This document shows positions 1 through 11,241 of a stretch of 64,000 bases of DNA, one piece after another. Made by a program: the position numbers and the translations under genes. The stretch is from assembly GCA_963777505.1 (NCBI GenBank), contig CAVZQN010000003.1, forward strand, positions 224,001 to 288,000. The letters run 5' to 3'. The first letter of the stretch is position 1; every line of letters starts with the position of its first letter. Origin of the DNA: an uncultured bacterium (GTDB taxonomy: Bacteria > Acidobacteriota > HRBIN11 > JAKEFK01). The notes below the pieces were generated by a model. It was not told the DNA's origin and searched no databases. It saw only the letters and a program-made list of their open reading frames with translations.

Positions 1-1023
1 AAATATCTTCCAGGAGCTGTCCAACCTACGCGAAGACTCGGGGAAATACTTTTTGAATAGGATGCGCAAAGCATCACGTTATCTTTTTTATCAAAGGCTT
101 TACATACTTTGGGACGCTCACCCTCAAAATGTAATTCACCATAGATATCATCTTCGATGAGCGGAACATCTCTACGAGCCAGAAGTTCTACCAGATCTTT
201 TTTCTTGCGATCAGGCATCCGACCGCCCAATGGGTTTTGGAAATTGGGCGTTACAAGACAAGCCTTTACCGAATTCTTCTTCAAAGCTGCTTCCAGCGCA
301 TCCAAACAAATTCCTGATTGTGGACTCGTTGGAATTTCAAGCGCTTTCATTTTTAAACTTTCAATGATCTGAAGAAAACCATAATAAGTCGGCGATTCCA
401 CCGCGATCGTATCGCCTTGTGATGCAACGGCTCTTAAGCATAGATTCACGGCTTCTGTGCAGCCGAATGTTGTGACGATATCATCACCGGTTAACGAACA
501 ACCTTGATCAATCGAGCGTCGAGCAATTTGGTGTCTTAATTCGGGAGTACCTTGAGCAGGCGCATATAAATGATTGCTGACATCTGAATTTCGAGCGAGT
601 GACGCAAGAATGCGATTCAATTTGCGCATAGGAATCATGTCGGGTCCGGGAACTGCGCCACCAAGCGGAATCATTTCTGGATCCAAAACAGCATCATGAA
701 TGTTGGCCACAAGCTCGCTGATGTTGACACGCGATGCTAATGCGGGAGGGTGAAACATTGCTGGCTCGGGAGGGAGCGCGCGAGGTTTTAAGCGAACATA
801 AAATCCGGATTGGGGACGCGCTTCAATTAATCCGCGATCTTCCAGCAAAAAGTAAGCTTGCAAAATTGTGGAAATGCTGACCTGTTCCTGATTGCTCATT
901 CTTCGCACAGAAGGAACTTTTTCCCCAGGCCGCAAGGTCCCTTTCTCAATTAGATTCGCTGATCTTTCCGGCAATCCTTTCATATAAAAATGGTTCTAAA
1001 ACCGACGCCGTCGCTTGTTGCAT
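1..1023 (-). CDS. GntR/MocR-family PLP-dependent transcriptional regulator (runs off left edge; apparent +1 frameshift near 960)
   Basis: Manual translation: ATG at 1023 with GGAGG RBS gives MQQATASVLEPFLYERIAGKI. One base on it continues ANLIEKGTLRPGEKVPSVRRMS...STILQAYFLLEDRGLIEARPQSGFYV (GntR wHTH). Aminotransferase motifs AVESPTYYG, TPNFQNPLG and IEDDIYGEL follow. Not in the ORF track. Confidence 0.9.
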
Positions 1024-1042
1024 AACAGGCCTCCATACCTAC

Positions 1043-1058
1043 AACTGTACAGGTACAG
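1043..1058. promoter_or_regulatory. Putative MocR autoregulatory operator
   Basis: AACTGTAC-AG-GTACAG contains the inverted repeat CTGTAC-N2-GTACAG about 20 bp upstream of the MocR start. Confidence 0.5.
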
Positions 1059-1084
1059 AGTAGGATACCACAAATCTGTTATGC

Positions 1085-1885
1085 TTAGCTTTGCGTCTCT
1101 GCGGTTAGGATTTTCCCGCAGAGTTCTTTCAGAAGTTTTGCTGTTGATGCCGCAGTGATTCCGCCTACATCCTTATCTGGATTCAGCTCAACAATATCTG
1201 CGCCAATCACTTTGGCTTTCATTCGCTGGATGATTTGGACAGCCTGTCTCACGGTTAATCCGCCACCTTCAGGGTGAGAAACTCCAGGTGCGCATGAAGG
1301 ATCCAGGCCATCGAGATCGAATGAAATGTACACCGGCGTATCGAACTCGAAAACCATATTGTCCTGCCAGTCTTTCATTTCGTGGGTTTCAACACCATAT
1401 TTTCGGATTTGGTCGCGCAGATGTGTATTACTTGCGCGAATTCCTACCTGCACAAGCCTGTGAATCAACTTTTCTTCCAGAGCACGCGCGAAAGGGGACG
1501 CATGCGAGTGTGGATTTCCAGAAAAATCCTGATAAATATCAGGGTGCGCATCAAAGTGGAGCACTCCAAGTTTCGGATACTTTTTTGCAACGGCGCGAAG
1601 AACCGGATACGTGATCGAATGATCTCCACCGAGGCAAACCGGTTGCAAATTTTGATTGAGAAGTTTTGTAATCGCATTTTGAATTTCATCAAATTCATCA
1701 GGATGTTTTGGATCGAGATCTCCAGCATCGTTAATCAACCCTTTCTGACTTAAATCAATCCCGTTTTCAGTCCATGAATTCGATGATTCACTCCAAAAAG
1801 CTTCTCGAATGACTGGAGGTGCTTTCGCTGAACCTCGAATATAAGATGAATTCTTATCAAATGGCAGGCCGATAAGTCCAATCAT
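1085..1885 (-). CDS. speB: Agmatinase / arginase (ureohydrolase) family protein
   Basis: GGDHSIT, HFDAHPD, SFDLDGLDP and ADIVELNP ureohydrolase motifs. Confidence 0.85.
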   Translation of the reverse strand: MIGLIGLPFDKNSSYIRGSAKAPPVIREAFWSESSNSWTENGIDLSQKGLINDAGDLDPKHPDEFDEIQNAITKLLNQNLQPVCLGGDHSITYPVLRAVAKKYPKLGVLHFDAHPDIYQDFSGNPHSHASPFARALEEKLIHRLVQVGIRASNTHLRDQIRKYGVETHEMKDWQDNMVFEFDTPVYISFDLDGLDPSCAPGVSHPEGGGLTVRQAVQIIQRMKAKVIGADIVELNPDKDVGGITAASTAKLLKELCGKILTAETQS

Positions 1886-2001
1886 GGTAATTCTCCTTGT
1901 TTAAATTATCTACCGATTGCGCCGGGACTGGAAGCCGGAACACCGATTGTGTAGAATGAGGGGCTTTAAAATTATAATGACATGTATCAAGGATTGAAAT
2001 T

Positions 2002-3192
2002 ATGAGAATTATCATCAGTTCGGCAGGCGCTCAGAGCGATCTAATGTTTCTTTTTGCGTTGGCCAAAGAACTTCAACAGCGTAATCATGTTGTAACCCTG
2101 GTTGTACCTGAAAAATACAGAAGCCAAATCATGAAAATGGAAGTACGCATGGTGACTTGCGGCCGCAGTTTTGATGAATACCTGGAAGGGAATCCGGGGG
2201 AGCATCAAGATAAACTTGCAAAGGGTCTTGCTTCTCAAGTTGCGAGTCAGTTTGTTTCGTTAAGAGATGCACTTCGAGAATCGGATGCTTTTGTATCTGG
2301 CACATTTGTAATTCCTGCAGCTTCAATGGCAGAAAAATTAAATCTGCCATTCTTTCAAGTGATTCAATCCCCGTTGTTGTTGGATCCCGATCAATTTCCT
2401 TCGCAAGGAATTTCGAAAGAAAAATCGAAGGGACTTTTGAGCGGAAGAAGAATGGCGGCGCTTCGGGATGAATGGAAAGATCTGATCGGAAAAGTATTGA
2501 ATAAGGAGCGCTCCTTCGCTCATCAAGAACCAGTTTCAGACCTTTATGATCAGTTATACGCATACGGTCATCAAATTGTGGCTGTCGATCAGGAATTTTC
2601 CGAAGTACAAAAAACCTCAAATCGATCGGTCGTAGGCTATTTTGATTTTGAATCCTTCAATCAGCAGCTTCCAGGTTTACGAGAAGGCAAACAAGCAATC
2701 TTCTTAGGTCCACTCCATTTGAATCAAATTGATCGTGAACCATTTTTGCGTGAGCTCTCTTTAGCTTTGTCCAACCCTGAGTATCAATTAATCGTTCGAT
2801 CCGATTGGATCGGTGGACAAGATAAGCAGCTACCTGAGAATTGTCTTGCAATTGATCCTTTGCTAGAACCTTCTGCAATCGTGCAAGCCTCTGCCGTCAT
2901 TCATCAAGGTGCCGGTGGATATGTAATGGCTTGTGCAAGAAAAGGAATACCGCAGGTAATCGTCCCTCTTCTTACCGATCAGCTTTTTTGGGCAGATCGG
3001 GTTGCAGCATTGAAGCTAGGTCCTGCGCCTCTGGACAAAATTGATGCAAAAACAGTTGCTGCAGCTTTGATGCAAGCCTTAAAAATGAGTGAATCCTCAA
3101 TTGCTTTTGCTGAAAGAAAGAGAGATCAAAATGGAATCGTTGCTGCGGCTGATGTGATTGAATTAATTTCCAGAGAGAAGATAACCGGCTGA
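2002..3192 (+). CDS. GT-B glycosyltransferase (GT1/GT28-like)
   Basis: N-terminal MRIIISSAG..DL..LA.ELQQRNHVV and C-terminal VIHQGAGG..GIPQVIVP..DQLFWADRV UDP-sugar motif. Confidence 0.8.
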   Translation: MRIIISSAGAQSDLMFLFALAKELQQRNHVVTLVVPEKYRSQIMKMEVRMVTCGRSFDEYLEGNPGEHQDKLAKGLASQVASQFVSLRDALRESDAFVSGTFVIPAASMAEKLNLPFFQVIQSPLLLDPDQFPSQGISKEKSKGLLSGRRMAALRDEWKDLIGKVLNKERSFAHQEPVSDLYDQLYAYGHQIVAVDQEFSEVQKTSNRSVVGYFDFESFNQQLPGLREGKQAIFLGPLHLNQIDREPFLRELSLALSNPEYQLIVRSDWIGGQDKQLPENCLAIDPLLEPSAIVQASAVIHQGAGGYVMACARKGIPQVIVPLLTDQLFWADRVAALKLGPAPLDKIDAKTVAAALMQALKMSESSIAFAERKRDQNGIVAAADVIELISREKITG

Positions 3193-3933
3193 GCTTAAGC
3201 TCTTTCCATCTAATTTCAAAACTCGCAATTCGCCGGTATGCTGCGGATCTGAAAACCCGATCGCCCCTCTGCTCCGTCGAACATATCGGATTACCCAATC
3301 GTCCTGGTCAACGAACATTGGTATGACTTTGGCCCCCTTGCGTGATTCCCAGTGTGCATTAAAAGCTTTTTCATCGATTCCACAAATTTTATTTAAGAAA
3401 AATTCATTCAACTTGGATCCAACTGTATAAAGAACCGGGGTGATCTGCTCGCCGTTACTCCAATTTGTTTTGTTTCCAAGGTATATTTCTTTTAACTCTG
3501 CGCTTGTAATGTCGGTTAGAGCATTTTCAGGATTCACTATGAGAACAATTCCAGATTCCAGAGCCTTCTTCTGACTCGCTACTTTCAGTTGTAAATCATG
3601 GAATTCCTTGGCTACCGTAGATTGATCGATGCGATGAAGTGAAGCTTGCTTCAGATATTCAGCAGCCTTTGTCATCTCTCCTTTTTCGAATGCACATTTG
3701 GCGAGATAGTAATGAGGGATGTATTCAATTGTGATTGTTCCATATGGACGGGATCGGATATCAGGCTTAGGATTTTTTTGAAGTGCCGATAAAAAGAGGG
3801 CTTCTGCTTCTGCGAGCTGTCCTTTTTTTAACTTTCCCTGCGCTTTGTCATAGTCCTCATACCATGTTCCACCGATCGCATCGAAAGACAGCAGTATGAT
3901 AAAAACCAAAGAAAATGCGTATTTCACAACCAA
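3163..3933 (-). CDS. Exported TPR protein fused to a PstS-like periplasmic binding domain
   Basis: Signal peptide and TPR-like helices, then IVNPENALTDITSAELKEIYLG..W and GAIGF..LKLDG typical of phosphate-binding-type domains. Confidence 0.65.
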   Translation of the reverse strand: MVVKYAFSLVFIILLSFDAIGGTWYEDYDKAQGKLKKGQLAEAEALFLSALQKNPKPDIRSRPYGTITIEYIPHYYLAKCAFEKGEMTKAAEYLKQASLHRIDQSTVAKEFHDLQLKVASQKKALESGIVLIVNPENALTDITSAELKEIYLGNKTNWSNGEQITPVLYTVGSKLNEFFLNKICGIDEKAFNAHWESRKGAKVIPMFVDQDDWVIRYVRRSRGAIGFSDPQHTGELRVLKLDGKSLSSAGYLLSGN

Positions 3934-4030
3934 CCATCGCTCTGAGGCGGAGCGTAACAGATCCGTAATTTTGGGTCAAATCTCATAAAGCATGATTACG
4001 ATTGGACAGATATACTTACAATTAATAAAT

Positions 4031-4489
4031 ATGCCGGAAAAAGAACCCAGGTACCCTTTAATAATGTATGACGCGAAATGCGGTTTTTGCGATCGATGGG
4101 TACAGCTTGTTTTGCGAAATGAAGGCGGAAAACCTATTTATTTTCTTCCAAGACAAAGCGCACTTGCACAAAAGCTTCGCAAAGCAAATGGCATCCCTGC
4201 TGATGCAGAGTCTATCGTATTTCTTGACCGTGATTCAGAAGGGAAAGTACAGGCATATTTGTATTCTACGGCTACCTTAAGGATTTCAAGATATTTATCC
4301 GGAATCTGGAAGATTTTGTTAATTGGCAATATAGTTCCTAAACCGATTCGCGATTGGATGTACAAAATATTTGCGCGCAACCGCTATCGCATGTTTGGCC
4401 ATTCGGATCAGTGCATTATTCCGTCACCCGAATTCCGCTCCCGCTTTCTCGAGGATGACTGGGAAAATCCTCCTCAGGAGTTAAAATAA
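4031..4489 (+). CDS. DCC-family thiol-disulfide oxidoreductase (DUF393/YuxK)
   Basis: YDAKCGFC and RDWMY..ARNRYRMFG..C motifs. The start is more likely ATG 4031 than 3992. Confidence 0.9.
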   Translation: MPEKEPRYPLIMYDAKCGFCDRWVQLVLRNEGGKPIYFLPRQSALAQKLRKANGIPADAESIVFLDRDSEGKVQAYLYSTATLRISRYLSGIWKILLIGNIVPKPIRDWMYKIFARNRYRMFGHSDQCIIPSPEFRSRFLEDDWENPPQELK

Positions 4490-4495
4490 AAGCCT

Positions 4496-7400
4496 ATGTC
4501 TGACATTCATGTGCTTTATATCGAAGATGATGATTCACTCCGGGCGCAGATTTCTGCCGGTCTTCGAGACCGTGGGTTTACTGTCATCGATACTGGCTCA
4601 GGTAAAGATGGATTAAGAATATTAAACATGCAGGGGGCAGATATCGTTCTCTGTGATCTCAACATGCCTGCAATGGGTGGCTTTGAAGTTCTTCAAAAGA
4701 CACGCGATAAACATCCGGATGTTCCCGTTATTATGATCACCGGTCATGGCACGATTCAGGCAGCGGTTCGTGCAATGCAAGTGGGCGCCTATGATTTCAT
4801 GATCAAACCCACTGAAATTGCAGAACTGGAAACTACAATTCGCAATGCATTGGATAAGGCCGCGTTGTTAAAACGGCTTCAGCGTTCTGAAAAAACGTTG
4901 GAAATGATCCTGGATAATGTGCCCGACATTATTTATTCACTCACTCCCGAAGGCGATTTCATTAGTCTGAATCGAGCCGGTCAGGCCATTCTTGGATATA
5001 AGACGGAAGAAATGCTGGGGAAATCTGTTTACGATGTGATTTATCCAGATGATCGTGAAAAGATTCGTGAATCTTTTCGCATTTCGATAGAAACAGGTAA
5101 ACAGCCGTATCAAACGATGGAATTTCGAATGGTAACGACGTGAGGGAGAGGTACGCCATTTTGAAGTAAGCGGCAAACCAATATTTGAAAATGGCCGCAT
5201 GGTGAGACATGACGGCATTGTCCGTGACATAACACTGCGAAGAGAAATGCAGCAAAAGCTGAAGCTTTATTCGCAAGAACTCGAACGGATGGTAAAGGAA
5301 CGAACGGAAAAGCTTGAGTTTGCCACTCAACAACTTTCTGCACTCAACGAAGTATCAAACCGATTCACGCAAATTTTCAGTGAACAAGAGTTACTGGATG
5401 AAGTTCCAAAACTTCTAACACGCAGTCTAGATTTTGACAGGGGTTATTTAGTTCTTGAGATTGATGGAAAATTCGAGATTGTTTCCTATTCGATGGAAAA
5501 AGATACACCTGAACTAGTCGAAAACTTCCTAAAACGAATCAATGATCCGAATAATGAGATACCAAAACCATTTCTTGATAGTTTTCGGGAAAACAAAACA
5601 GTCTTCATTAAGGATCTAAATACAGATCCTCGCTGGCCGAAACAGTCCGGGGAAGTTGTTCGAACCAAAGCGATGGTTGCAGCTCCGATTCGTGCGGAAG
5701 GAAAACCGATCGGTGTGATCATTGGAAATATGCAACACCACTCCCGTTTGATGGATGAAGGAGATGTCACACGCTTTGAGATGTTTGTGAATATGGTAGG
5801 CCTGGCTCTTGAAAATATTCGGGCATATCAATCCTTAGAAAAGAAGGTCATTGAGCGAACGAAAGAATTGCGCGATGCCAACCGTGAAATGCGCTTGAAA
5901 GCGGAAAAGCTCGAAAAGGCTACATTCTCTCTTGCAAACGCAAACGTTCAACTTCTCGCGGTTCAGGAACAACTTGAAAAACGCAATGCTGAACTGGAAG
6001 TTGTTTTAAAAGAACTTTCTGAAAGCAAAGGAAGCATGGAAGCGATTCTAGATTCTTCAAACAGCGCAATCCTTATGGTAAACGACGAGGGAATTGTCAC
6101 AGCATCAAATCCCTCTCTGGAAACATTTTTTGGAATTGAGAAACAAGAAATTTTGAATAAGCCGGTCCAAGTCTTCGCTGAAAAGATCAAAGACACGTTT
6201 AAGGATCCGGAGGCATATGAAGCGCATCTAAAGCAATTATTGACCAATACTTCGGAAGTTCTAGAAGTGGATATGGTTGAAGTTTACGAACAAGGATTCG
6301 AGTTAGTAAAACCAACCAATCGAATTCTTGGCGCTTTCCCGGATTCAGTGATTGATAAGGAAGGCGCGTTAATCGGTCGTGTTTGGGGTTATACAGACAT
6401 CACTGAATTAAGGAAAGCAGACGAACAAATTCATAAAATCGTAGAAGCAGCCCCGGTTCCTCTTTTTGTCAGCCGGTCTGAAGATGGAAGAATTCTTTAT
6501 GTGAATGAGAATCTTTCACAGATGATGGGTCTTTCAGTTGACGAATTAACAAAATATCACGTATACGATTTCAATCAGAGTGAAGATCAGCGGAGAGAAT
6601 TGAAACTCTTGATCGAACACGAAGGAGGAGTCCGGAATCATGAAACCTTGCTGCATAAAGCTGATGGCTCCCTCATATGGGTCTTATTATCCGTGCAAAA
6701 GACAGACATGGCTGGTGTGCCTGTTGTCATTGGTGGATTAAGTGACATCACGGAGCGCAAAGCCGCAGAAGTTGCATTAAGAGAAAGCGAAGGAAGATTT
6801 CGAGGTCTGGTTGAAAACGCAAACGACATAATTTATTCGTGCAATGAACAGAATGTGTTTACGTATGTTTCACCAAACTGGACTGATCTACTAGGCCATC
6901 CAGTTACAGAAGTAATTGGAAAAACCTTCTCTCAGTTTCTTCATCCGGAAGACCTATCAGGAGTTTTGGATTTTTTTGAAAAGGTTTGGGATACGGGTGA
7001 GAAACAAAGTGGATTTGAATACAGAATTCGACATAAAAATGGAAGCTGGCGATGGCACACCACGAGTGCTTCAGTGATCCGGAACGAGAAAGGTGAAGTC
7101 GTTACCTTTATTGGCGTTCTTCATGATGTAACTGAGATGAAAAAGGTAATGGACGATCTTGGTCTCGCAAATCGTCACCTGCGTGAGACTCAATCACAGC
7201 TCGTACAATCGGAAAAAATGGCTGCCATCGGCGTTTTGGTTGCTGGAGTTGCTCATGAAATCAATACTCCTGTTGCAGCAATTGACAGCATGCATGATAC
7301 GCAAATGAAAGCGTTGGCAAAATTAACTGGATTGATCCAGAACCAATTTCCGGAAGTGATGGATAATCCGAAAATGAAGACAATGCTAGACATTATTAAA

Positions 7401-7982
7401 GAGGGTGATCGCGTCATTGAAAGCGCGTGTGACCGCGTGACGAATATTGTGCGTAGACTCCGGAGTTTTGCCAGACTTGATGAAGCCGAATTGAAAACCG
7501 TAGACATTCATGAAGGATTGGATGATACGTTAACTTTAATTCACCATGAACTGAAGCACAGTATTAAGGTGACGAGAAATTTTGGAAGTATTCCTCAAAT
7601 TGCTGTTTATTCCGGAAGACTTAACCAAGTTTTCTTAAACATTTTGATCAATGCGCGCCAAGCAATGAAAGATGGGGGCGAAATTACAATTTCGACCTAC
7701 TCAAATGATGGAAAAGTATTCATTGAATTTAAGGATACGGGGGGCGGAATACGGCCTGAGCATCTAAAACGAATCTTCGATCCCGGGTTTACAACAAAAG
7801 GTGTGGGGGTTGGTACCGGATTGGGACTCTCAATTGTTTACCAGATTATCCAGGATCATAAAGGCGAGATTCTTGTGAAAAGCGAATTGGGAAAAGGATC
7901 AACTTTTACGATCGTCTTGCCTGACAATCTCGAAACTCTGGTTCGCAGCCCGGAAAAGGCTTCTGCATCCGCCTCCGCATAA
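4496..7982 (+). CDS. Hybrid sensor kinase REC-PAS-GAF-PAS-PAS-PAS-HisKA-HATPase (split by apparent +1 frameshift near 5138)
   Basis: Removing one base joins ORFs 4496-5143 and 5199-7982 within a PAS domain (MEFRMVT-REGEVRHFEVSGKPIFENGRMVRHDG). H-box AGVAHEINTP and G-boxes FTTKGVGVGTGLGL are present. Confidence 0.9.
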
Positions 7983-8003
7983 AAAGAAGATAATTCTGAT
8001 TTC

Positions 8004-10799
8004 ATGAAAAGATCTTTTTACAAAATCACAGGAATCCGCGAAGGCGAAGTATTCCGCGCGCTCCTGATGTTTTCTTATATTTTCTTAGTCATTACATCTC
8101 TTCAAATTCTCAAACCTGTGCGAAATTCTCTATTCCTGACAAGGTTTGGAGTCAGTGAGCTTCCGAAAGTATATTTGCTTGTTGGCGTTGTAGTTGGTGT
8201 AATTATTTTTCTATACACCCGTTTCGCGCGCAAAATCAGGCTAGGCCGGCTCGTTGCGTATTCACTTATAGTATCGATTTCTATTCTGATTCTTTTTAGA
8301 ATTTTTTTAGGCGGTGACCATAGATCAGGATTTCTTGCGTACGCTTTTTACATTTGGGTTGAAACCTATGGCGTCATTCTCACTGCACAATTCTGGTTAC
8401 TTACAAATTTTGTTTTCGATTCGCGTGAAGCCAGACGATTATTCGGTTTCGTTGGCTCCGGGGCAATTTTAGGAGGAATTGCCGGAGGATATCTGACAAA
8501 ATTGGTTGTACCGCTTACGGGTACCGTAAACCTGATCTTAATTTGCTGCCTACTCTTAAGTTTCTGTATCCTGATTCTCAGGATCGTTTGGATAAAAAAC
8601 GTAAAGCCGGCTTTCAGAGATAGGCGAATTACACCCGTTCGTGTGGAACAACGCGGTACGTGGAGCCCATTAAAGCTTGTTTTATCATCTTCTCACTTAC
8701 GGCTGATTGCAGGGATCGTCGGAATTGGTGTACTTGCAGGGAACCTCGTAGATTATCAATTCAATGTGATTGCTGTTTCTCGGATTCAAGATCGAGATGA
8801 GCTTACTGCATTTTTTGGATTCTGGTTATCGAACCTCAGTATCATTTCATTGTTCATTCAGCTTTTCATAACGCCGCGCATCCTGATGAAATTTGGCGTA
8901 GGCGCCTCATTGTTTGTTCTTCCAACTGGAATTCTTTTTGGAACTCTTTACTTCTTGTTACAACCCGGTATCTGGTCAGGCATTACTACAAAAATAGGCG
9001 ACGGTGGTCTTAAGCATTCTGTAAATAAGGTTGGTTTGGAATTGTTGTATCTTCCAGTTCCATCTCACATCAAGACCCAGGTCAAAACCTTCATTGATGT
9101 TTTTGTTGATAGCTTTGCCGAAGGTCTAAGTGGCGTATTGCTTATTGTTATTGGCCTTACGTTGGGAACTCATATTCGTTCGATTAGCATGGTGATCATT
9201 GCGTTGGTTTTCATCTGGTTTGGTCTCGTATTTCTGGCACGCAAGGAGTATGTGAATGCATTCCGAAATGCCATTGAAAAACGCACAATCGATCTCGAAG
9301 ACCAACAGGTCAACCTTGAGGATGCAAGCCTTTTTGATTTCATCGCCAGGATTCTTGAAAGTGAACGAGAACGCAGGATCTTGTTTGTTCTTAACCTGAT
9401 TGAGAATTCACATAACAACAAACTGGTTCCTTATTTAAGAAATTTACTGAAGCATCCATCGGACGATATTAAAATCCAAGTCCTTCAGATGCTGCAGAAT
9501 TTCGGATCCGTGAACTTTTCTGCCGAAGTTGAGCCGCTTGTTTCGGATAACAGTTTTGAAGTCAGAACAGGTGCCATCGATTATTTGTGTGATAAAGCAC
9601 CTGCTCGATTTGAGAAGCTGGAAATGTATTTAGATGATCCTTCATCCGAAATTCGCGCAGCTGCATTGATGGTTGCAGCGCATGATTTCACTACGATTCG
9701 TGATTTCCGCAAACATTTTCAATTTGCGGAACGGTTTAAGCAGCTTGTAGGAAATTATCAACAGAACAACTCTAACGAACTAAAGATTCAAGCTGCGCGA
9801 ATTATTGGTGAAGCGCACGAACCAGCACTCTATCCTTATCTGCATGAGTTATTGAAGGATACAGAACGGGACGTTCTTCGTGAAGCAATACAAGCGGCCG
9901 GTGAAACTCGGGCGGCTGAATTCGCTCCCGTTTTGATGCGTCATCTGAGCACAAGGAGAGTCCGCAAGCATGCACGTGTATCATTGGCAAAATATGGTGA
10001 ACCGATAGTCAACGATCTAATGAATCGATTAAATGATCCTTCGGAAAACAGAATTATCCGGCTCAGTATTCCAAAAGTCTTAGCTTTAATCGGTGTTCAA
10101 CGATCTGTTGATGAGTTGCTCAGCAAATTAGAAGAACCTGATCTCTTGCTAAGATACGAAGTTCTTAAGGCTCTCAGCAAACTCAAAGCGAATTTTCCAA
10201 ATGTTAAGGTAAATCGAGAAGTAATCATGAAGGAAATACTTGAAGAAACAAAGTATTACTTCAAAACTTTTAATGTGCTTAAACTGGAGCAAGAAAGCCA
10301 ATCAGATCATGACAACGATTCTCTATCTAAAGCACGTAGATTGCTTATGCGAGCGTTGGAGGAAAGACTGGACAAGAATCTTGAACGCATCTTCCGCTTG
10401 CTCGGTCTTCGCTATTCGAGTCAGGACATGTTTAGCGCATATAAAGGAATCGTCAGCGATCAAAACGATCTTCGTGCGAATGCTCTCGAGTTTTTGGATA
10501 ATGTTTTAGATCGATATTTAAGGCGTTACATCTTGCCGATTGTTGATGAAATGCATGCCGGTGAAGCGCTCGATGACCTTCGACGTGAATTTGGCGTCGA
10601 AAATCACGATCAAAAAAGAATGCTTAAAGACCTGTTGGAAGGTGACGATAACTGGCTTAGAATTTGTGCGCTCTATGTAGTTTCAGCGCTTAATGAAAAA
10701 GATTGCGTACCGCTTGTTGAATCTCTAAAGGAAGATACCGATCCGATTGTACGAGAGACTGCAGTGTTTGCATTAAGACAGCTGGAAGCGGGAGCTTAG
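8004..10799 (+). CDS. Npt1/Npt2 (TLC, ATP/ADP translocase-like) transporter with C-terminal HEAT repeats
   Basis: About 12 TM helices with LKPVRNSLFL, QFWLL.N.VFDSREARRLF and ELLYLPVP..K..K.FID motifs, followed by about 500 aa of HEAT-like repeats. Confidence 0.9.
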   Translation: MKRSFYKITGIREGEVFRALLMFSYIFLVITSLQILKPVRNSLFLTRFGVSELPKVYLLVGVVVGVIIFLYTRFARKIRLGRLVAYSLIVSISILILFRIFLGGDHRSGFLAYAFYIWVETYGVILTAQFWLLTNFVFDSREARRLFGFVGSGAILGGIAGGYLTKLVVPLTGTVNLILICCLLLSFCILILRIVWIKNVKPAFRDRRITPVRVEQRGTWSPLKLVLSSSHLRLIAGIVGIGVLAGNLVDYQFNVIAVSRIQDRDELTAFFGFWLSNLSIISLFIQLFITPRILMKFGVGASLFVLPTGILFGTLYFLLQPGIWSGITTKIGDGGLKHSVNKVGLELLYLPVPSHIKTQVKTFIDVFVDSFAEGLSGVLLIVIGLTLGTHIRSISMVIIALVFIWFGLVFLARKEYVNAFRNAIEKRTIDLEDQQVNLEDASLFDFIARILESERERRILFVLNLIENSHNNKLVPYLRNLLKHPSDDIKIQVLQMLQNFGSVNFSAEVEPLVSDNSFEVRTGAIDYLCDKAPARFEKLEMYLDDPSSEIRAAALMVAAHDFTTIRDFRKHFQFAERFKQLVGNYQQNNSNELKIQAARIIGEAHEPALYPYLHELLKDTERDVLREAIQAAGETRAAEFAPVLMRHLSTRRVRKHARVSLAKYGEPIVNDLMNRLNDPSENRIIRLSIPKVLALIGVQRSVDELLSKLEEPDLLLRYEVLKALSKLKANFPNVKVNREVIMKEILEETKYYFKTFNVLKLEQESQSDHDNDSLSKARRLLMRALEERLDKNLERIFRLLGLRYSSQDMFSAYKGIVSDQNDLRANALEFLDNVLDRYLRRYILPIVDEMHAGEALDDLRREFGVENHDQKRMLKDLLEGDDNWLRICALYVVSALNEKDCVPLVESLKEDTDPIVRETAVFALRQLEAGA

Positions 10800-10809
10800 T
10801 GTTGAAATC

Positions 10810-11226
10810 ATGCTGACAACTGTCGAAAAAGTTATTTTCCTTCAGGACATCGATTTCTTCGAATTTACTCAAACGGAGGATCTCGCTTACATTGCAGCGA
10901 TTACACAGGAAGTCAGAATCAAAGCGGGATCGATGATATATAAGGAAGGGGAAGATTCGGATTCGATGTATCTTGTTATTGACGGCAAGGTACGGCTGCA
11001 CCGCGGCGGCAGTGAAATCATGGTTGCCGAAAATAAAGATGTTTTTGGCACGTGGGCCTTATTTGATGATGAACCGCGAGTCGCAACTGCAACAACTCTA
11101 GACGATACTTCGCTGCTAAGAATCTCACGAGAAGATTTTCTTGATCTGCTCTCTGATCACACTAATATTACGGAGTCTGTTTTTAAAGCTCTTGTGAAAA
11201 AAATTCGAAGTCTGATCCGCGACTAA
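10810..11226 (+). CDS. Cyclic nucleotide-binding domain protein (possibly the frameshifted C-terminus of the transporter)
   Basis: IYKEGEDSDSMYLVIDGKV..VFGTWAL..PRVATA cNMP fold. Confidence 0.9.
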   Translation: MLTTVEKVIFLQDIDFFEFTQTEDLAYIAAITQEVRIKAGSMIYKEGEDSDSMYLVIDGKVRLHRGGSEIMVAENKDVFGTWALFDDEPRVATATTLDDTSLLRISREDFLDLLSDHTNITESVFKALVKKIRSLIRD

Positions 11227-11241
11227 GGGCTCCAGTAAGGC

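Noticed and set aside
5141-5143. TGA ending the REC-PAS ORF as possible selenocysteine
   Set aside because: The downstream coding sequence is in a different frame, so this is a frameshift rather than read-through. The same applies to the TGA at 19319-19321.
8004-10799. NTT as evidence of an energy-parasitic intracellular lifestyle
   Set aside because: It is the HEAT-fused type, and the surrounding genome is rich in regulators and catabolic genes, with no sign of reduction.
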